This document shows positions 18,474 to 28,692 of a DNA stretch of 64,000 nt, in pieces (position 1 is the stretch's first letter; every line of letters begins with the position of its first letter). Made by a program: the position numbers and the translations under genes. The DNA is taken from UHGV virus genome UHGV-0128973. One strand, written 5' to 3'. The notes under the pieces were generated by a model. That model saw only the letters and a list, made by a program, of their open reading frames with translations, ran no database searches and was not told the origin of the DNA. This DNA comes from a virus.

Positions 18474-18983
18474 TTAATCCCACTCAATCCAGTTGTAGAC
18501 GATACGAAGTGACGGGCGCACAGCGGCAGTCACATCTTCGGTACTAAAGTCGATTGCATCACTGTAGATTTTGCAGTCCAACATTTCAATTGTTGTAGCA
18601 GCTTTTGTCACAGCGTTAACCCCGGAAGATTTGGATTCAGGGGTCGCAGCCATCGTGATATCAACATAGTCCTTCGCCGCAATGCGATCTTTAATGAACT
18701 GAAGAATATCGCCTTCGATAGTCTCCACGCACTGGACCTGGATTTCCCCAGAGTTTCGAATTGGACCGTGCTGGTTGAACTTCACACCATTCGGACCATA
18801 GTCCTCCACATCCTCGCGGGTCATTTCAGGAATTTGCGACGTGCGAACCAGTACGCTGATATCTTCATGGCCTGCAAAAGTGAGCTGGAATTCAGAAGAT
18901 ACCAGTCGTTCGCCTTTGGCCGCGTTGGCAGTATAGCGGCCCTTAATAAATTTACGGTTTCCCTTAGTGTTATTGTGCCCCAT
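18474..18983 (-). CDS. Putative tail/baseplate protein (169 aa)
   Basis: ORF track; structural-operon context downstream of sheath. Confidence 0.45.
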   Translation of the reverse strand: MGHNNTKGNRKFIKGRYTANAAKGERLVSSEFQLTFAGHEDISVLVRTSQIPEMTREDVEDYGPNGVKFNQHGPIRNSGEIQVQCVETIEGDILQFIKDRIAAKDYVDITMAATPESKSSGVNAVTKAATTIEMLDCKIYSDAIDFSTEDVTAAVRPSLRIVYNWIEWD

Positions 18984-18994
18984 ATAAAATCCTT

Positions 18995-19576
18995 TTACTG
19001 GAACGCCCGAACAATATCGGAGCTGTTATATATCGAAGAACCGGTCAACTGGAGGTTGACGGTGTTTTTCAGGAAATGCCCATTGCTGTCCCTGGGCGCA
19101 TCGAGATCGAAACTTATGTCCTGGATAGCGACATCAATGATGTTGATCCGGCGACCAATGTTTAGCGTCACACGCTCCGGGATTCGACCACCAATGCTGG
19201 CATCTTTAAGTTCCGGGCTAATCATCGCTGACAATGCGGCGATAGCTCCTGAAACCTCAGTGAATGGGTCAAACAAAGCGATGAAAGTTACTGGCAGCGT
19301 GAAAGTCGGCGGTGTTCCCCCCTCCCAAACCATTAAGCTGTTCCAACGGGCCACCGACGTTGTTTCAGTACCAACCTGCGCAAAACCACTGAAAGCACCA
19401 GCAACAGACCCCATGGACATACCGGTAAACGGCGCTTCCCAATTCTGGGCCATGTTCATTGCTGCCCCCTGGCTGATATATCCGGTAACCTGGTACTGAG
19501 AGTTCGTTAAAGTAACTTTCAGAAATGGCGATACACCGTCAGCCTGGCTGTAAACCCCATAAGGTATAGGTGCCAT
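18995..19576 (-). CDS. Hypothetical structural protein (193 aa)
   Basis: ORF track. Confidence 0.5.
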   Translation of the reverse strand: MAPIPYGVYSQADGVSPFLKVTLTNSQYQVTGYISQGAAMNMAQNWEAPFTGMSMGSVAGAFSGFAQVGTETTSVARWNSLMVWEGGTPPTFTLPVTFIALFDPFTEVSGAIAALSAMISPELKDASIGGRIPERVTLNIGRRINIIDVAIQDISFDLDAPRDSNGHFLKNTVNLQLTGSSIYNSSDIVRAFQ

Positions 19577-19611
19577 TCAAGTTAAAGGCCGGAGTTCTCC
19601 GGCCTCCTCCT

Positions 19612-20427
19612 TTAGCCAAGGCGCTTACGGCGCAGTTTCATTGACTTTTTGCGGGCAAGTTTTGCCGCGCCGGTCTGGGCTTTTCGACGTGCTTTTTTCA
19701 GCGCCGATTTTTGAGCCGCAGTCAGACGTTTTTTACGCAGGCGTTTACGGATGAGTTTGATCTCACCGTTACGAACAACCTTCTTAAATGCTTCAGTCAG
19801 CATTTCATCAGAAGTGCCAGCAACAACAAACGCCGCTTCCAGTTCGTCGCGGTCGTCGCTATCTAAACCAGCGATAGAGGCACCAACATCAGCAGCAGCG
19901 TCGTCGTCTTCATCGTCAGCCAGTGCTTCGATCAGGTCATCATCTACACCGCATGCTGCGAGGAAGTCAGCAACATTTGCCCATGCTTCGTTATAGGCAT
20001 CGTCCTGTTCTTCTGTAACTTCGGAGTCGTCGTCATCAGAGATACCAGCGATAGCCTGAACGAAACCATCAAGGGAGTCGAAAGTCAGATCACCGCTATC
20101 AGCCCAGGAGAAAACGGCGTCGGCCGCATCACTCAACGCATTCTGCATAGCACTTCGATTTGCAGCTTCCAGAATCATCTGGTGCGCCTGTTCGACGGTC
20201 CATTCTTTACCGTCTTTCCCTTCCAGGATTTGCTCTGGAGCCGGGGCAGATGGAACGTTATCGTTAGTCTGTGCCGCCGGTTCCGGATTATTATTAATAA
20301 CCGGATCTGTTGGCGGTTCGGCGCTTGCTCGGGCAGACTCCATCAGCTGCACAGGATCAGAGTTCAAAGCGAAACGGGACAGTCCATTCCCCAAAAATGC
20401 CCCGGATTGAAAAAAGTTTTTGCTCAT
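19612..20427 (-). CDS. Hypothetical protein with acidic core and basic C-terminal tail (271 aa)
   Basis: ORF track; Asp/Glu-rich middle, Lys/Arg-rich C-terminus. Confidence 0.5.
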   Translation of the reverse strand: MSKNFFQSGAFLGNGLSRFALNSDPVQLMESARASAEPPTDPVINNNPEPAAQTNDNVPSAPAPEQILEGKDGKEWTVEQAHQMILEAANRSAMQNALSDAADAVFSWADSGDLTFDSLDGFVQAIAGISDDDDSEVTEEQDDAYNEAWANVADFLAACGVDDDLIEALADDEDDDAAADVGASIAGLDSDDRDELEAAFVVAGTSDEMLTEAFKKVVRNGEIKLIRKRLRKKRLTAAQKSALKKARRKAQTGAAKLARKKSMKLRRKRLG

Positions 20428-20436
20428 TGTATTCCC

Positions 20437-22026
20437 TTACTTAATAAGCAGCGGTACGCCCTGGATACGACGGGCTACGCCAGTCGGGCAGCAGGCCCAG
20501 ACTACTTCCCATTTATCGAATTCCGCCTGCGTAACTTTCAGCACATACGGTTCTGTACCGTCAGCATCGGGATCACGAGGAGCCACCAGAGCGCCGGAGG
20601 CGACAAAGCGATCTAAAAGTTTGGTCATCCCTTTAGTCAGGCCAGCCGCAGTAATACCGTCCGGGCTATGCTTCATCTGTCGGGCTAACTGGACAAAGAA
20701 ACGGCTGATTGCATTCATCAGGGATGGGACGTGCTGGAAGTGCAGATAGTTATCCTGCGTGCAGCAAGTTAAAGCATCGTCGATGATCATCTGGCCAGAG
20801 GTGCCAACAGATACTTTATTGAGACGGCCCTTGACCATTGCTTCTTCGTCCGGGGTATCTTCCGGATACAGCGGTTGAATTGACGCACGAGCAATGACGG
20901 CACGTTCTTCACCAGCCGGTGAGTAATGCCAACCGCCGACATCAGAGTTTTTCTTGACGCCACGAGCTTTCGCCGCATACGCCGCGCCAGACAGACCGAA
21001 GACCACACGGGATTGGGTCCATTTGTCTTTGCAGGAGAACGGATAGTGATAGACAGAACAGCTTACATAATCGGTACCAAGTAAACCGGTACCCTCAACA
21101 GCTGTTAGTGCTTCTGCGTACCTTAATGTCGGTTTGACATCAAAGAAGCCATCAATCAGGCGATCTGCACAGATTTTACCTAATGCGGTGATAGCCGCAT
21201 TGTCATAGCAGCCCAGGCCAAGAACAGCGGTGTACATGTACGGCGCATTATTCAGCACTTTAACCGCACGCAGGTAAGCAGCGGTTGAGATTTTCGACTG
21301 ATCGCCATTGGTACCGCCAGTGAATGCCACCGATTTTTTGTTTGTTACTTTCGCTGTAGAAATCAGCTCTTCATTAACAACCGCACGCAGATATTTAGAA
21401 CGGGCTTCCAGAGCCGTAGGCAGATAACACAAGCGGCCCATGTCATCTTTCGCTTCTTCCGCCAAAGACACAGTGTGTGTCTCCAGGGTCGTTACCACAC
21501 CGAGCGAAGTCGTCTGGGTCAGTTTTAAGAGGAAGCGTTCATTACCCGCGCTGTCCGCTGTTGCCGTTTCGATGGTTAACTCACGGGTAGGTGAAATACA
21601 CGGATCACCATCATCAACGTAGATAGCAAAGGCTTCGCCGCTATCAAGTTCAATTTCAGAACCGTATGGCAACGCACTGTTAGCCGGTTCGCCTGATTCA
21701 TCGAACATAATAATCGGGAACTTCGCATCATCCGGAACAGCACGGACAACATAACCAGACGTTTGCTGAATAGCTTCGTACACATGGCGAATTGGTTCAA
21801 ACTGTGAGCCGGAAGACGGCTTCAGCGGTTCGCCGAGAACATCTTCGTAATTGGACTCAGTAACCGCAAGAACAGTAAACGGCTTGCCACGCGCAAATAC
21901 GCCAATACCAGCCCATAAGCTGCTATTTAATGCAACACCGGTAGATAACGTCGCATCGGCATTGATCGGGCTAACCGCGACGCTGGATGCATTACCTAAT
22001 GACTGTTGAATTGAATATTGAGACAT
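20437..22026 (-). CDS. Tail sheath protein (529 aa)
   Basis: ORF track; size and position immediately downstream of the major capsid gene, as for gene 22 of P1-like phages (synteny-based). Confidence 0.55.
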   Translation of the reverse strand: MSQYSIQQSLGNASSVAVSPINADATLSTGVALNSSLWAGIGVFARGKPFTVLAVTESNYEDVLGEPLKPSSGSQFEPIRHVYEAIQQTSGYVVRAVPDDAKFPIIMFDESGEPANSALPYGSEIELDSGEAFAIYVDDGDPCISPTRELTIETATADSAGNERFLLKLTQTTSLGVVTTLETHTVSLAEEAKDDMGRLCYLPTALEARSKYLRAVVNEELISTAKVTNKKSVAFTGGTNGDQSKISTAAYLRAVKVLNNAPYMYTAVLGLGCYDNAAITALGKICADRLIDGFFDVKPTLRYAEALTAVEGTGLLGTDYVSCSVYHYPFSCKDKWTQSRVVFGLSGAAYAAKARGVKKNSDVGGWHYSPAGEERAVIARASIQPLYPEDTPDEEAMVKGRLNKVSVGTSGQMIIDDALTCCTQDNYLHFQHVPSLMNAISRFFVQLARQMKHSPDGITAAGLTKGMTKLLDRFVASGALVAPRDPDADGTEPYVLKVTQAEFDKWEVVWACCPTGVARRIQGVPLLIK

Positions 22027-22086
22027 AACTTTCCCTGTTATGCGCCCCGCACGGGGGCGCTATGTTAAACGGAGAACTTCCCGTGA

Positions 22087-23793
22087 TTACTCAGAGTCAC
22101 CGGCATCAATCATGTTACCGGTCAGGAAGTTAATTCCGCCATTTTTGGCCATAGTCAGAGTTACACGCGTGAAGTAGTCAGCGCCGTTACGTGGGTGCAT
22201 ATCGTTGATAGCCGAACCCCACAGAGTGGTTCGGTTGACTAGTGCCGGGGTGGTCGGATGCTGGAATGGGACAGCCGGGACTGCATCACCAGTTACGAAG
22301 CCCGCTTTGCCCGGATTTTCATCACGGACGTAGCACAGCACATCCATTGGGCTGAACTGGATACCGTCGGCGGTCAGGTTCGTACAAATACCTTCTGGTA
22401 CTTCGAACACTTTGACGTTGCCGAACAGAGTGCCAATGTAGTGGACGTATGGGGTCTGGATGTAATCTTCTGCTGGCTGGAAGAAATCCTTCGGCAATTG
22501 TTTGAAGAAAGATGCCGCATCAGCACCGGCATACATCCCCATCGCACCAGAAGATTTAATACGCTCAATAATACCGCGATATACCGTCTGGAATTTGCCT
22601 CGAATGATGGTTGCCCACACATCAAAGGACTGGTTAGCTGGCAGTGCAATATCAAAGGAGTCGGTCGCAAGAGTTCGCCAAATCATGATACGAAGACGAA
22701 GCATATCTTGCTCATGGGACAGGTATTCCTTCAGGGTGCGGAACTGTAGGGAGCCAAGATCCAGACCAAATTCACGCTGTGCTTCATACGCCGCCTGTAC
22801 CGTATGCTCAGCCGCGATGACGAACTGGTTTGGGAACAGGGTGTAACTCTTCATTTCGTGGTTGATAAGTGGGATCAGCTCAGGAGCTGCTTCTATATTG
22901 ATCTCCACCTCAATGGCGATCTCAGTGCCTTTATCCGGCGCTTTGGAGAACGACAGGGCAATCTGACCAACGTTGTAATTCAAAGAGCAAGTAACAGTGA
23001 TTTGTTCGCCTGCTTTGTTATTGAATGTGTGAAGCAGAGTGCCGGAGCCGTTATCAACAACAGACTTAATACGGTTAACGTAGATGTTTGTGCGACCTTT
23101 GCGAATCGGGACATTCTGACCTTCGACATCTTCCATCTTGAAGGTTGCAGTTTTGCTGGTGCCGTCGGAGCTTGCAACCAGCACATAGCGGCGGCGCAAC
23201 TGGCTGTACACGCCAACGGATTGCATGTCCAGAACATCACCAATAGCATAAGAGCCAAAAGAAGAACCCGCTACGTTAAAGATTTCATAGATTTCGGACT
23301 TGTCACGCGTAACCGGAATGAATGTACACGCATCAGCGGTAGCTGCCCCCAACTGAACAGGCAGGATCATCGCCAGGAATAAAGGCAGACGCATAACCCC
23401 GTCAGAAACACTCATCATCTCTGCCGCGACTGATTCCAGCATCGCTTTATTGGTGGCGTCCATGCTATTGCGGGTGGACTCAATCAGGCAGTTTTCCAGC
23501 GTCTGGTGGCAGGAGGCCAGAATTTCCGGACGTGGCATAGATTTATGTGTTGCGGCGTAGTCAGCCAGTGCACTTGCCCACGCTGTAGCGATTTGAGCGG
23601 TGGCATTATCAGAGATACCCGCAAAAATTGGGTCTTTACGTGCAGCTTCAAGGATAGATGCGGCACGCGCGGCATCATCTTTAATGAATTGGTTATCAGT
23701 ACCGAACTGCGCAGTGCTTGCCCAGCCAAGCACAGCTTTAGAGCGTTTTGCGATATCTGCAATACGATTCTGGTATTCGCGTAAGTTACTCAA
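22087..23793 (-). CDS. Major capsid protein precursor (gene 23-like); TTG start at 23793 with RBS AAGGAAGAG (track start 23814 is also TTG)
   Basis: ORF track; strong RBS before the second TTG; a palindromic promoter-like element lies ~70 bp upstream. Confidence 0.55.
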   Translation of the reverse strand: MSNLREYQNRIADIAKRSKAVLGWASTAQFGTDNQFIKDDAARAASILEAARKDPIFAGISDNATAQIATAWASALADYAATHKSMPRPEILASCHQTLENCLIESTRNSMDATNKAMLESVAAEMMSVSDGVMRLPLFLAMILPVQLGAATADACTFIPVTRDKSEIYEIFNVAGSSFGSYAIGDVLDMQSVGVYSQLRRRYVLVASSDGTSKTATFKMEDVEGQNVPIRKGRTNIYVNRIKSVVDNGSGTLLHTFNNKAGEQITVTCSLNYNVGQIALSFSKAPDKGTEIAIEVEINIEAAPELIPLINHEMKSYTLFPNQFVIAAEHTVQAAYEAQREFGLDLGSLQFRTLKEYLSHEQDMLRLRIMIWRTLATDSFDIALPANQSFDVWATIIRGKFQTVYRGIIERIKSSGAMGMYAGADAASFFKQLPKDFFQPAEDYIQTPYVHYIGTLFGNVKVFEVPEGICTNLTADGIQFSPMDVLCYVRDENPGKAGFVTGDAVPAVPFQHPTTPALVNRTTLWGSAINDMHPRNGADYFTRVTLTMAKNGGINFLTGNMIDAGDSE

Positions 23794-23862
23794 TTTACTC
23801 TTCCTTAAACACAAGGCACTTGTGTGAATCCCTTTTCGGAAGAGATTTTATTGAAAGTCACT

Positions 23863-23883
23863 TGTTGACTTTCTCGTGACAAG
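23863..23883 (-). promoter_or_regulatory. Palindrome GAAAGTCA-N5-TGACTTTC followed by an AT-rich -10-like hexamer; candidate late promoter for the capsid operon
   Basis: Direct reading; the 9-mer GTGACTTTC recurs upstream of pacA (61113-61121). Confidence 0.35.
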
Positions 23884-23929
23884 CAATTTTTTTATTTTTT
23901 TCGGGAGTAGGGGAGGAAGGTAAAATCCA

Positions 23930-24016
23930 AGGTGAAATCGTGGCGATTTCACCTTGAAATTTTAGATAGATTTACTTTAAAAACAGTAGGTTAATAGTGA
24001 AATTTGAATGGCGAAA
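23930..24016. other. parS: parS partition site (centromere)
   Basis: Heptamer ATTTCAC and hexamer TCGCCA boxes (gtgaaatcgtggcgatttcac at 23932-23952; gtgaaat...tggcga at 23997-24014) flank an AT-rich, IHF-site-like centre, directly downstream of parB. Confidence 0.65.
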
Positions 24017-24018
24017 GT

Positions 24019-25020
24019 TTAAGGCTTCGGCTTTTTATCGAGGCTCTTTCTAAGGATATGCCCAATCATCCTGTCGAGTTCTTCCTGTAGCTCTTTTGAA
24101 AGTCGATTAAACTCATAAGAAAATGCACGGCCTTTCACGCGCTTCCTTGCAAAGCGATCCTTGTCCTCAAATTTCCATAATTCAGTAACTACGGACTTAT
24201 CTTTAGAACCTTTATCCGTGAGTAGTGAGGCTTCCTTTGTTATCAAGCGCAGGATTTTATTTTTAACTTCATCTTCGGCCATTTCTTCAATGGATAAGAT
24301 GTCGTTTATTTCCGGGGATATGTTTTGAATAAGCTGATCAAACTCTAAATTCTTGTTCCCCATTTCGTCGCCAACAGCACAAAGCGTTTTGTAGTCCGAA
24401 AAGGTTAATTCCGACTGCACAGGGAAAAGGGCGACTAATTCTTCCGGAGCACTCGCTGCCTGGAGAGCACGCGTGACTTTCGCCTGAGACAGCCCTTCCT
24501 TGGCTGCAATATCCTTCTGACTCATCCCATCATTTTTCATTCGCATTAAACGCAGACCTATTTCTCGAATGCTGTGCTGCAATGCTGTCTGAACGTCTTT
24601 CGCTAAATTTTGCGCTTCCTGAACGCTGATCTCCTGGTCCGTGACTAAAACCCGCAACCCTACGTTCTCTAAGATGGCAGAAGCTCGACGCCGGGAACCA
24701 TCCAAAATTTCAATTTTCCCTGTAGCCCGTCTAACACCTATTGCAGGGTAAAATTGCTGATGCTTAATAGTGCTTCGGATACTTTTTAATGATTTTGGCG
24801 TAAGAGATGCCTGGTCACGCCCGTTGTTATGCTGATCAACAAAGGTATCGCTTTCTACCTGGTTCGGAGGTATTACCTCTTCAATAAATGTGGCCTGGCG
24901 ACCAGTTGATAACTTGAATACCTGCTCGACTCGATCGCCAGAGGATGAAGAACTATCAAATCCGCTTAATATTGAAGGATTAAGGGTTCGCCCAATTGTT
25001 GGTCTGTTTTTCTTTGACAT
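24019..25020 (-). CDS. parB: Partition protein ParB (333 aa)
   Basis: ORF track; recognised as the ParB centromere-binding partition protein from its sequence, its position after the parA ATPase and the parS boxes downstream. Confidence 0.85.
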   Translation of the reverse strand: MSKKNRPTIGRTLNPSILSGFDSSSSSGDRVEQVFKLSTGRQATFIEEVIPPNQVESDTFVDQHNNGRDQASLTPKSLKSIRSTIKHQQFYPAIGVRRATGKIEILDGSRRRASAILENVGLRVLVTDQEISVQEAQNLAKDVQTALQHSIREIGLRLMRMKNDGMSQKDIAAKEGLSQAKVTRALQAASAPEELVALFPVQSELTFSDYKTLCAVGDEMGNKNLEFDQLIQNISPEINDILSIEEMAEDEVKNKILRLITKEASLLTDKGSKDKSVVTELWKFEDKDRFARKRVKGRAFSYEFNRLSKELQEELDRMIGHILRKSLDKKPKP

Positions 25021-25036
25021 GGGGGTTTCTTACTCC

Positions 25037-26233
25037 TCAGTTAGATCTGATAAATTCAATACGGTCAAAAACTGCTTTAGCAAAATCTTCCGCAGCAATT
25101 CGCGCGTTCTTCAATGCATCAGCACTACCAACATACGTTGCCGGGTTAGCTGAAATAACAGTGTCAAAAGACTCGCCGCAGCGTTCAAAACCGTCAAGGC
25201 GAGGGAGGACAACATCAAGCATATCCCCACCGAACACTTCTTTAGCCAAGCTATGGCAATACTTATGGTCTGCCTTGTTACTCAACTTGGACATAAAACC
25301 AATGTTAGTTGCAAGCTGACACTCGCAGCCTTCATCCGAAATGAGTTTCACCAACTCAGGAAGACGGGCAACGTATTTAAGCGATGAGTGGAAATCAACC
25401 GTTGCAGGCGGCAGAGGTGTAAACAATATATTGGCCGAGGCCAAAGCATTTTTCAGGAAGGCGTCAAGGTGAGGACCACTATCAACGAGGATAAAGTCAT
25501 AATCGCTCTTCAGCTTATCAATCACATTTTCTTTCAGTACTGCATGGATGTTCTGACCCGGTAGATGCTCATTGCACAGCTCTCTCCAATCGGATGCAAT
25601 AAAGGCATCGTCAATCGACGCAGGCATAACGTCAACCCCAGGTACAACAGAAGGAACAATAAACTCCTCTAACAGCTCTTCACGGCTTACATTCTGCAAC
25701 ATAGCCTGTGCAGATGTTGCGTTTACGATACCAATAGAGTGTTTATGGCTTAAAAACATCGTTGCTGAAGATTGCGGATCAAGGTCAATAACCAGAATCC
25801 TTAAATCTTCCATCAGAAGATGAGGGTGAGCACGCATTGCATGCGCCAGAGAAACCGTCGATACAGTTTTTGACACACCGCCTTTAAGATTGGAGATGAA
25901 AATCACATACGCTTCGCTGTAGCGATCCCGGTATTTTGGCACTCCGCGATGTTCATATATGTCGATGATGTTCTGAATTGACATCGCATATTTCATTGAA
26001 GAGCCAGCAGGGCGTTTATCGAAAACATAACCCTTTTCTTCCATTTCACTTACGGCATAGTCAACGTTCGCACGAGTCAGTAGAGGCAATTTTGCCAGTG
26101 CCGCTTTCGCATAGACCTGGTAAAACTCGTTCGCGTGTAGCTCATCCTTTTGCAACTGTACTTGTTCAGTCAGAACATTGAGCATTCTATTTGCTCTTTG
26201 AGCAACCTTGTGAAGCTGGCTGGAATCACTCAT
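25037..26233 (-). CDS. parA: Partition ATPase ParA (398 aa)
   Basis: ORF track; deviant Walker A KGGVSKT; N-terminal DNA-binding extension typical of type Ia ParA. Confidence 0.9.
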   Translation of the reverse strand: MSDSSQLHKVAQRANRMLNVLTEQVQLQKDELHANEFYQVYAKAALAKLPLLTRANVDYAVSEMEEKGYVFDKRPAGSSMKYAMSIQNIIDIYEHRGVPKYRDRYSEAYVIFISNLKGGVSKTVSTVSLAHAMRAHPHLLMEDLRILVIDLDPQSSATMFLSHKHSIGIVNATSAQAMLQNVSREELLEEFIVPSVVPGVDVMPASIDDAFIASDWRELCNEHLPGQNIHAVLKENVIDKLKSDYDFILVDSGPHLDAFLKNALASANILFTPLPPATVDFHSSLKYVARLPELVKLISDEGCECQLATNIGFMSKLSNKADHKYCHSLAKEVFGGDMLDVVLPRLDGFERCGESFDTVISANPATYVGSADALKNARIAAEDFAKAVFDRIEFIRSN

Positions 26234-26401
26234 CGAAAGTCATCCTTTATGCTGTATTTTTGAATTTAATTAAAAATGCTGCATAAAATAATAATGTATG
26301 CGTAGATGCTTGTACATAGCATTCTCTGCATGTTTGGTTCATTTTGCACGATTGAGAGTTACAAGGAGGGCACAAAAAAGCCCCGTTCAGGGGCATCAGT
26401 G

Positions 26402-26662
26402 TTATTTGCTAAGAGCAGCGAATAATCGTTCGAAATCGATAGTATCTATAGCACGCGTAAGCGCCGGAAGTTCAGCCTCAAAGTACCCATGTCGATCGTA
26501 AAAGAAGGGACCGAAGAGCGAGGCATGTTGGATTCTACTTCGCCCCAGCCCGGACACACAGTTAAGCCCATTACCGGCTAAAAGGCTAAAAAACTTCTCT
26601 GGATTATCGTGGTAAAGCTGGGAATCAATGGTGGCGGTTAACTCTTCCATAGGGAAGCACAC
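26402..26662 (-). CDS. Hypothetical protein (86 aa), partner of the GIY-YIG-like ORF
   Basis: ORF track; same strand, 22 bp downstream of the 175-aa ORF. Confidence 0.4.
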   Translation of the reverse strand: MCFPMEELTATIDSQLYHDNPEKFFSLLAGNGLNCVSGLGRSRIQHASLFGPFFYDRHGYFEAELPALTRAIDTIDFERLFAALSK

Positions 26663-26683
26663 CCGCCCTGTATCCCAGGGATA

Positions 26684-27211
26684 TTAAGTCCGAAGCATAA
26701 ACATTGCTTTCAGCAATTCACATTGAGCGCGGATCGCGTCCGGTTCATAGCCAGATATGGAGACATAAGCCACGTCCCTCATTCCTGCGTCATCTTTGAA
26801 AGTCACGATAGAAGTAACATCCAGCTCTTTTTCGAAAGAGCAAGCAGCATCTACTGGACGCTGAAGTAAATCATTCGACTTAATGCGCTCGAGAATCCCT
26901 CCCCACATATCATTTAGATATTCGATATGAGCCAAAACCTTATCAAGACACTCTCGTGTAAACCATTCAGTATGCCCGCCACCGGCGCTTTTCTCCCACG
27001 GCGCATTCCAGGGGAAAAAGGTTGCGTGTAAAGCCCGCTCAAGATTAACCATTGCCAAACGCGTACCACGATAGACCCGTGAAAGCGCAAAATCGGGACT
27101 CACTTGTAGCCCTTTAAACCGTGCCAATGGACCACATGAAATGCCGATTTTAAAAGTATCTCCATTCTCCGGCACCAGAACGTAGAGGTAGTGTTGTTTC
27201 TCTTCTTGCAT
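26684..27211 (-). CDS. GIY-YIG / T5orf172-like small nuclease-domain protein (175 aa)
   Basis: ORF track; N-terminal motif HYLYVLVPENGDTFKIGIS...R...E resembles the GIY-YIG core. Confidence 0.45.
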   Translation of the reverse strand: MQEEKQHYLYVLVPENGDTFKIGISCGPLARFKGLQVSPDFALSRVYRGTRLAMVNLERALHATFFPWNAPWEKSAGGGHTEWFTRECLDKVLAHIEYLNDMWGGILERIKSNDLLQRPVDAACSFEKELDVTSIVTFKDDAGMRDVAYVSISGYEPDAIRAQCELLKAMFMLRT

Positions 27212-27243
27212 ATCAATACCACTGCTTGATGAGAACCGCGCAA

Positions 27244-27472
27244 ATGTTGACTATGCGCGATGTGACTACAGTCAAAAGTTGACTGTAGTCGATTTAACTC
27301 CACCAAAGATCGACTATGTAAGATATTGTCGGGAGAAACGTTGACTATACGCGATGAAATGACCCTAAAATCCATCTCAATAGCGACTTGCAGAATATTG
27401 ACGCCAGCAAAAATCCACCAGCGTCAACGAATGTCGCCTATAGTCAACTTCTCGCTATCGCATATAGTCAAT
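27244..27472. repeat. incA-like control locus: about 7-9 iterons (core CGCGTATAGTCAAC) in both orientations
   Basis: Direct reading, e.g. gttgactatgcgcgatg, gttgactgtagtcgattt, cgttgactatacgcgatg, tgtcgcctatagtcaac, tcgcatatagtcaat. Confidence 0.65.
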
Positions 27473-27473
27473 A

Positions 27474-28358
27474 TTATGGATTGCGCTTATGGATCTGGAA
27501 GCCGATTTTTCTGCCGTTTTTTATCTCTGAAAATTTAAGATATTCAATAGCTTCCAAATCTTTCATGGCTTTTCTGATAACGCTATTTTGCACGCTAACG
27601 GATGATTTGAGATTAAGCCTTGCTCTAAGGCGCTCAATGCTGACAGGTGCCGGGTTGGCGGGTAGAGCCTCAAAGAATGTATACAGCACCTTGGCCGTCT
27701 CTTTGCGCCCGAGCTTATCCAGCATCTTCAGCTTCAGGATTCGCTTATAGTCAACATAGTAAAGTTCAGATAGCTGTTTTTGCGGCTGGATCTCGATAAC
27801 ATCAAGCTCGGTATTCAGGCTGCTATATGCCAACAAGTTGACGTTAATGTTATTGAGATGACCTTTTGCCGCCGGGAAGCGGAATTTGACAACTGTCTGC
27901 TGAATGCGTGTCAGAGAGTCATCAATACTTTTACGGAACGCCTTTGAAAGGCGCTTACGTGGATAGCCGCATCGATCGGCAAACTCGGAGAATGGCAGGG
28001 TGATTATGCCGTCATCATCAGGAGCATAGTCAAACAACGCGGAGGTTATGCCCACCCACACCTTAAAATCAGTATCCATATCCAGGCGTGGACCATGAAT
28101 TTCAATTCCCTCATAGCCTTCCTGCTCAACAATTTTGAGGCTTGATAGTTCTTCGGTTGCGTTCGTTGTGTTTGTTGTAACTGACGATCCGCGACGTAGC
28201 GCCACATTGGTAGATTTTAAGGTTGGCACAAACACACCTAAGCGCAACAAAGCTATGGGTTGTATAGTGCTGTTGTTATTGGGCTTCAGGCTGTGGATTT
28301 CTCCTGTATTTCCTGCAACTTCTTCAACGCTAAGGAAGCCTTTACTTTCTTCCGGCAT
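27474..28358 (-). CDS. repA: Plasmid replication initiator RepA (294 aa)
   Basis: ORF track; flanked by iteron arrays on both sides; motifs IQPIALLRLGVFVP and GPRLDMDTDF typical of P1-family RepA. Confidence 0.8.
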   Translation of the reverse strand: MPEESKGFLSVEEVAGNTGEIHSLKPNNNSTIQPIALLRLGVFVPTLKSTNVALRRGSSVTTNTTNATEELSSLKIVEQEGYEGIEIHGPRLDMDTDFKVWVGITSALFDYAPDDDGIITLPFSEFADRCGYPRKRLSKAFRKSIDDSLTRIQQTVVKFRFPAAKGHLNNINVNLLAYSSLNTELDVIEIQPQKQLSELYYVDYKRILKLKMLDKLGRKETAKVLYTFFEALPANPAPVSIERLRARLNLKSSVSVQNSVIRKAMKDLEAIEYLKFSEIKNGRKIGFQIHKRNP

Positions 28359-28437
28359 CGTGGTTTCTCCATGTGTGGCGCGGCCTGGCGTTAATTTAGA
28401 TGACTGTTATCAACAGCTGTGAATATTCAGGCTCTAA

Positions 28438-28650
28438 AATCGCGTACAGTCAACGTTTCTGTCGCGTATAGTCAACAATAAATCGCGTGCAGTCAACATA
28501 AAATCGCACACAGTCAACATAAAATCGCGTATAGTCAATGTTGATCCCGTTTCAGGCCATGAACGGCGCGGCTTACAGCGATCCGGGATCTTCTTTGGAT
28601 CTTCCTAGGTTCTCTTTGGGATCTGTTTATTGGATCTATGCTGTGGATAA
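28438..28650. other. Plasmid origin oriR: five ~19-bp iterons at 21-bp spacing, a cluster of 6-7 GATC sites, and a DnaA box
   Basis: Iterons AAATCGCGTACAGTCAAC-like at 28438, 28460, 28480, 28501, 28522; GATC sites between 28543 and 28636; TGTGGATAA at 28642-28650. Confidence 0.7.
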
Positions 28651-28692
28651 GTTGAATAAACCGGCCAACATAGCCGGTTGGAAGGAAGGGTA

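Noticed and set aside
22258-23827. Track ORFs on both strands within the capsid gene (22258..22749, 22804..23382 and others)
   Set aside because: Nested within or antisense to the 575-aa capsid ORF; no RBS or domain signal.
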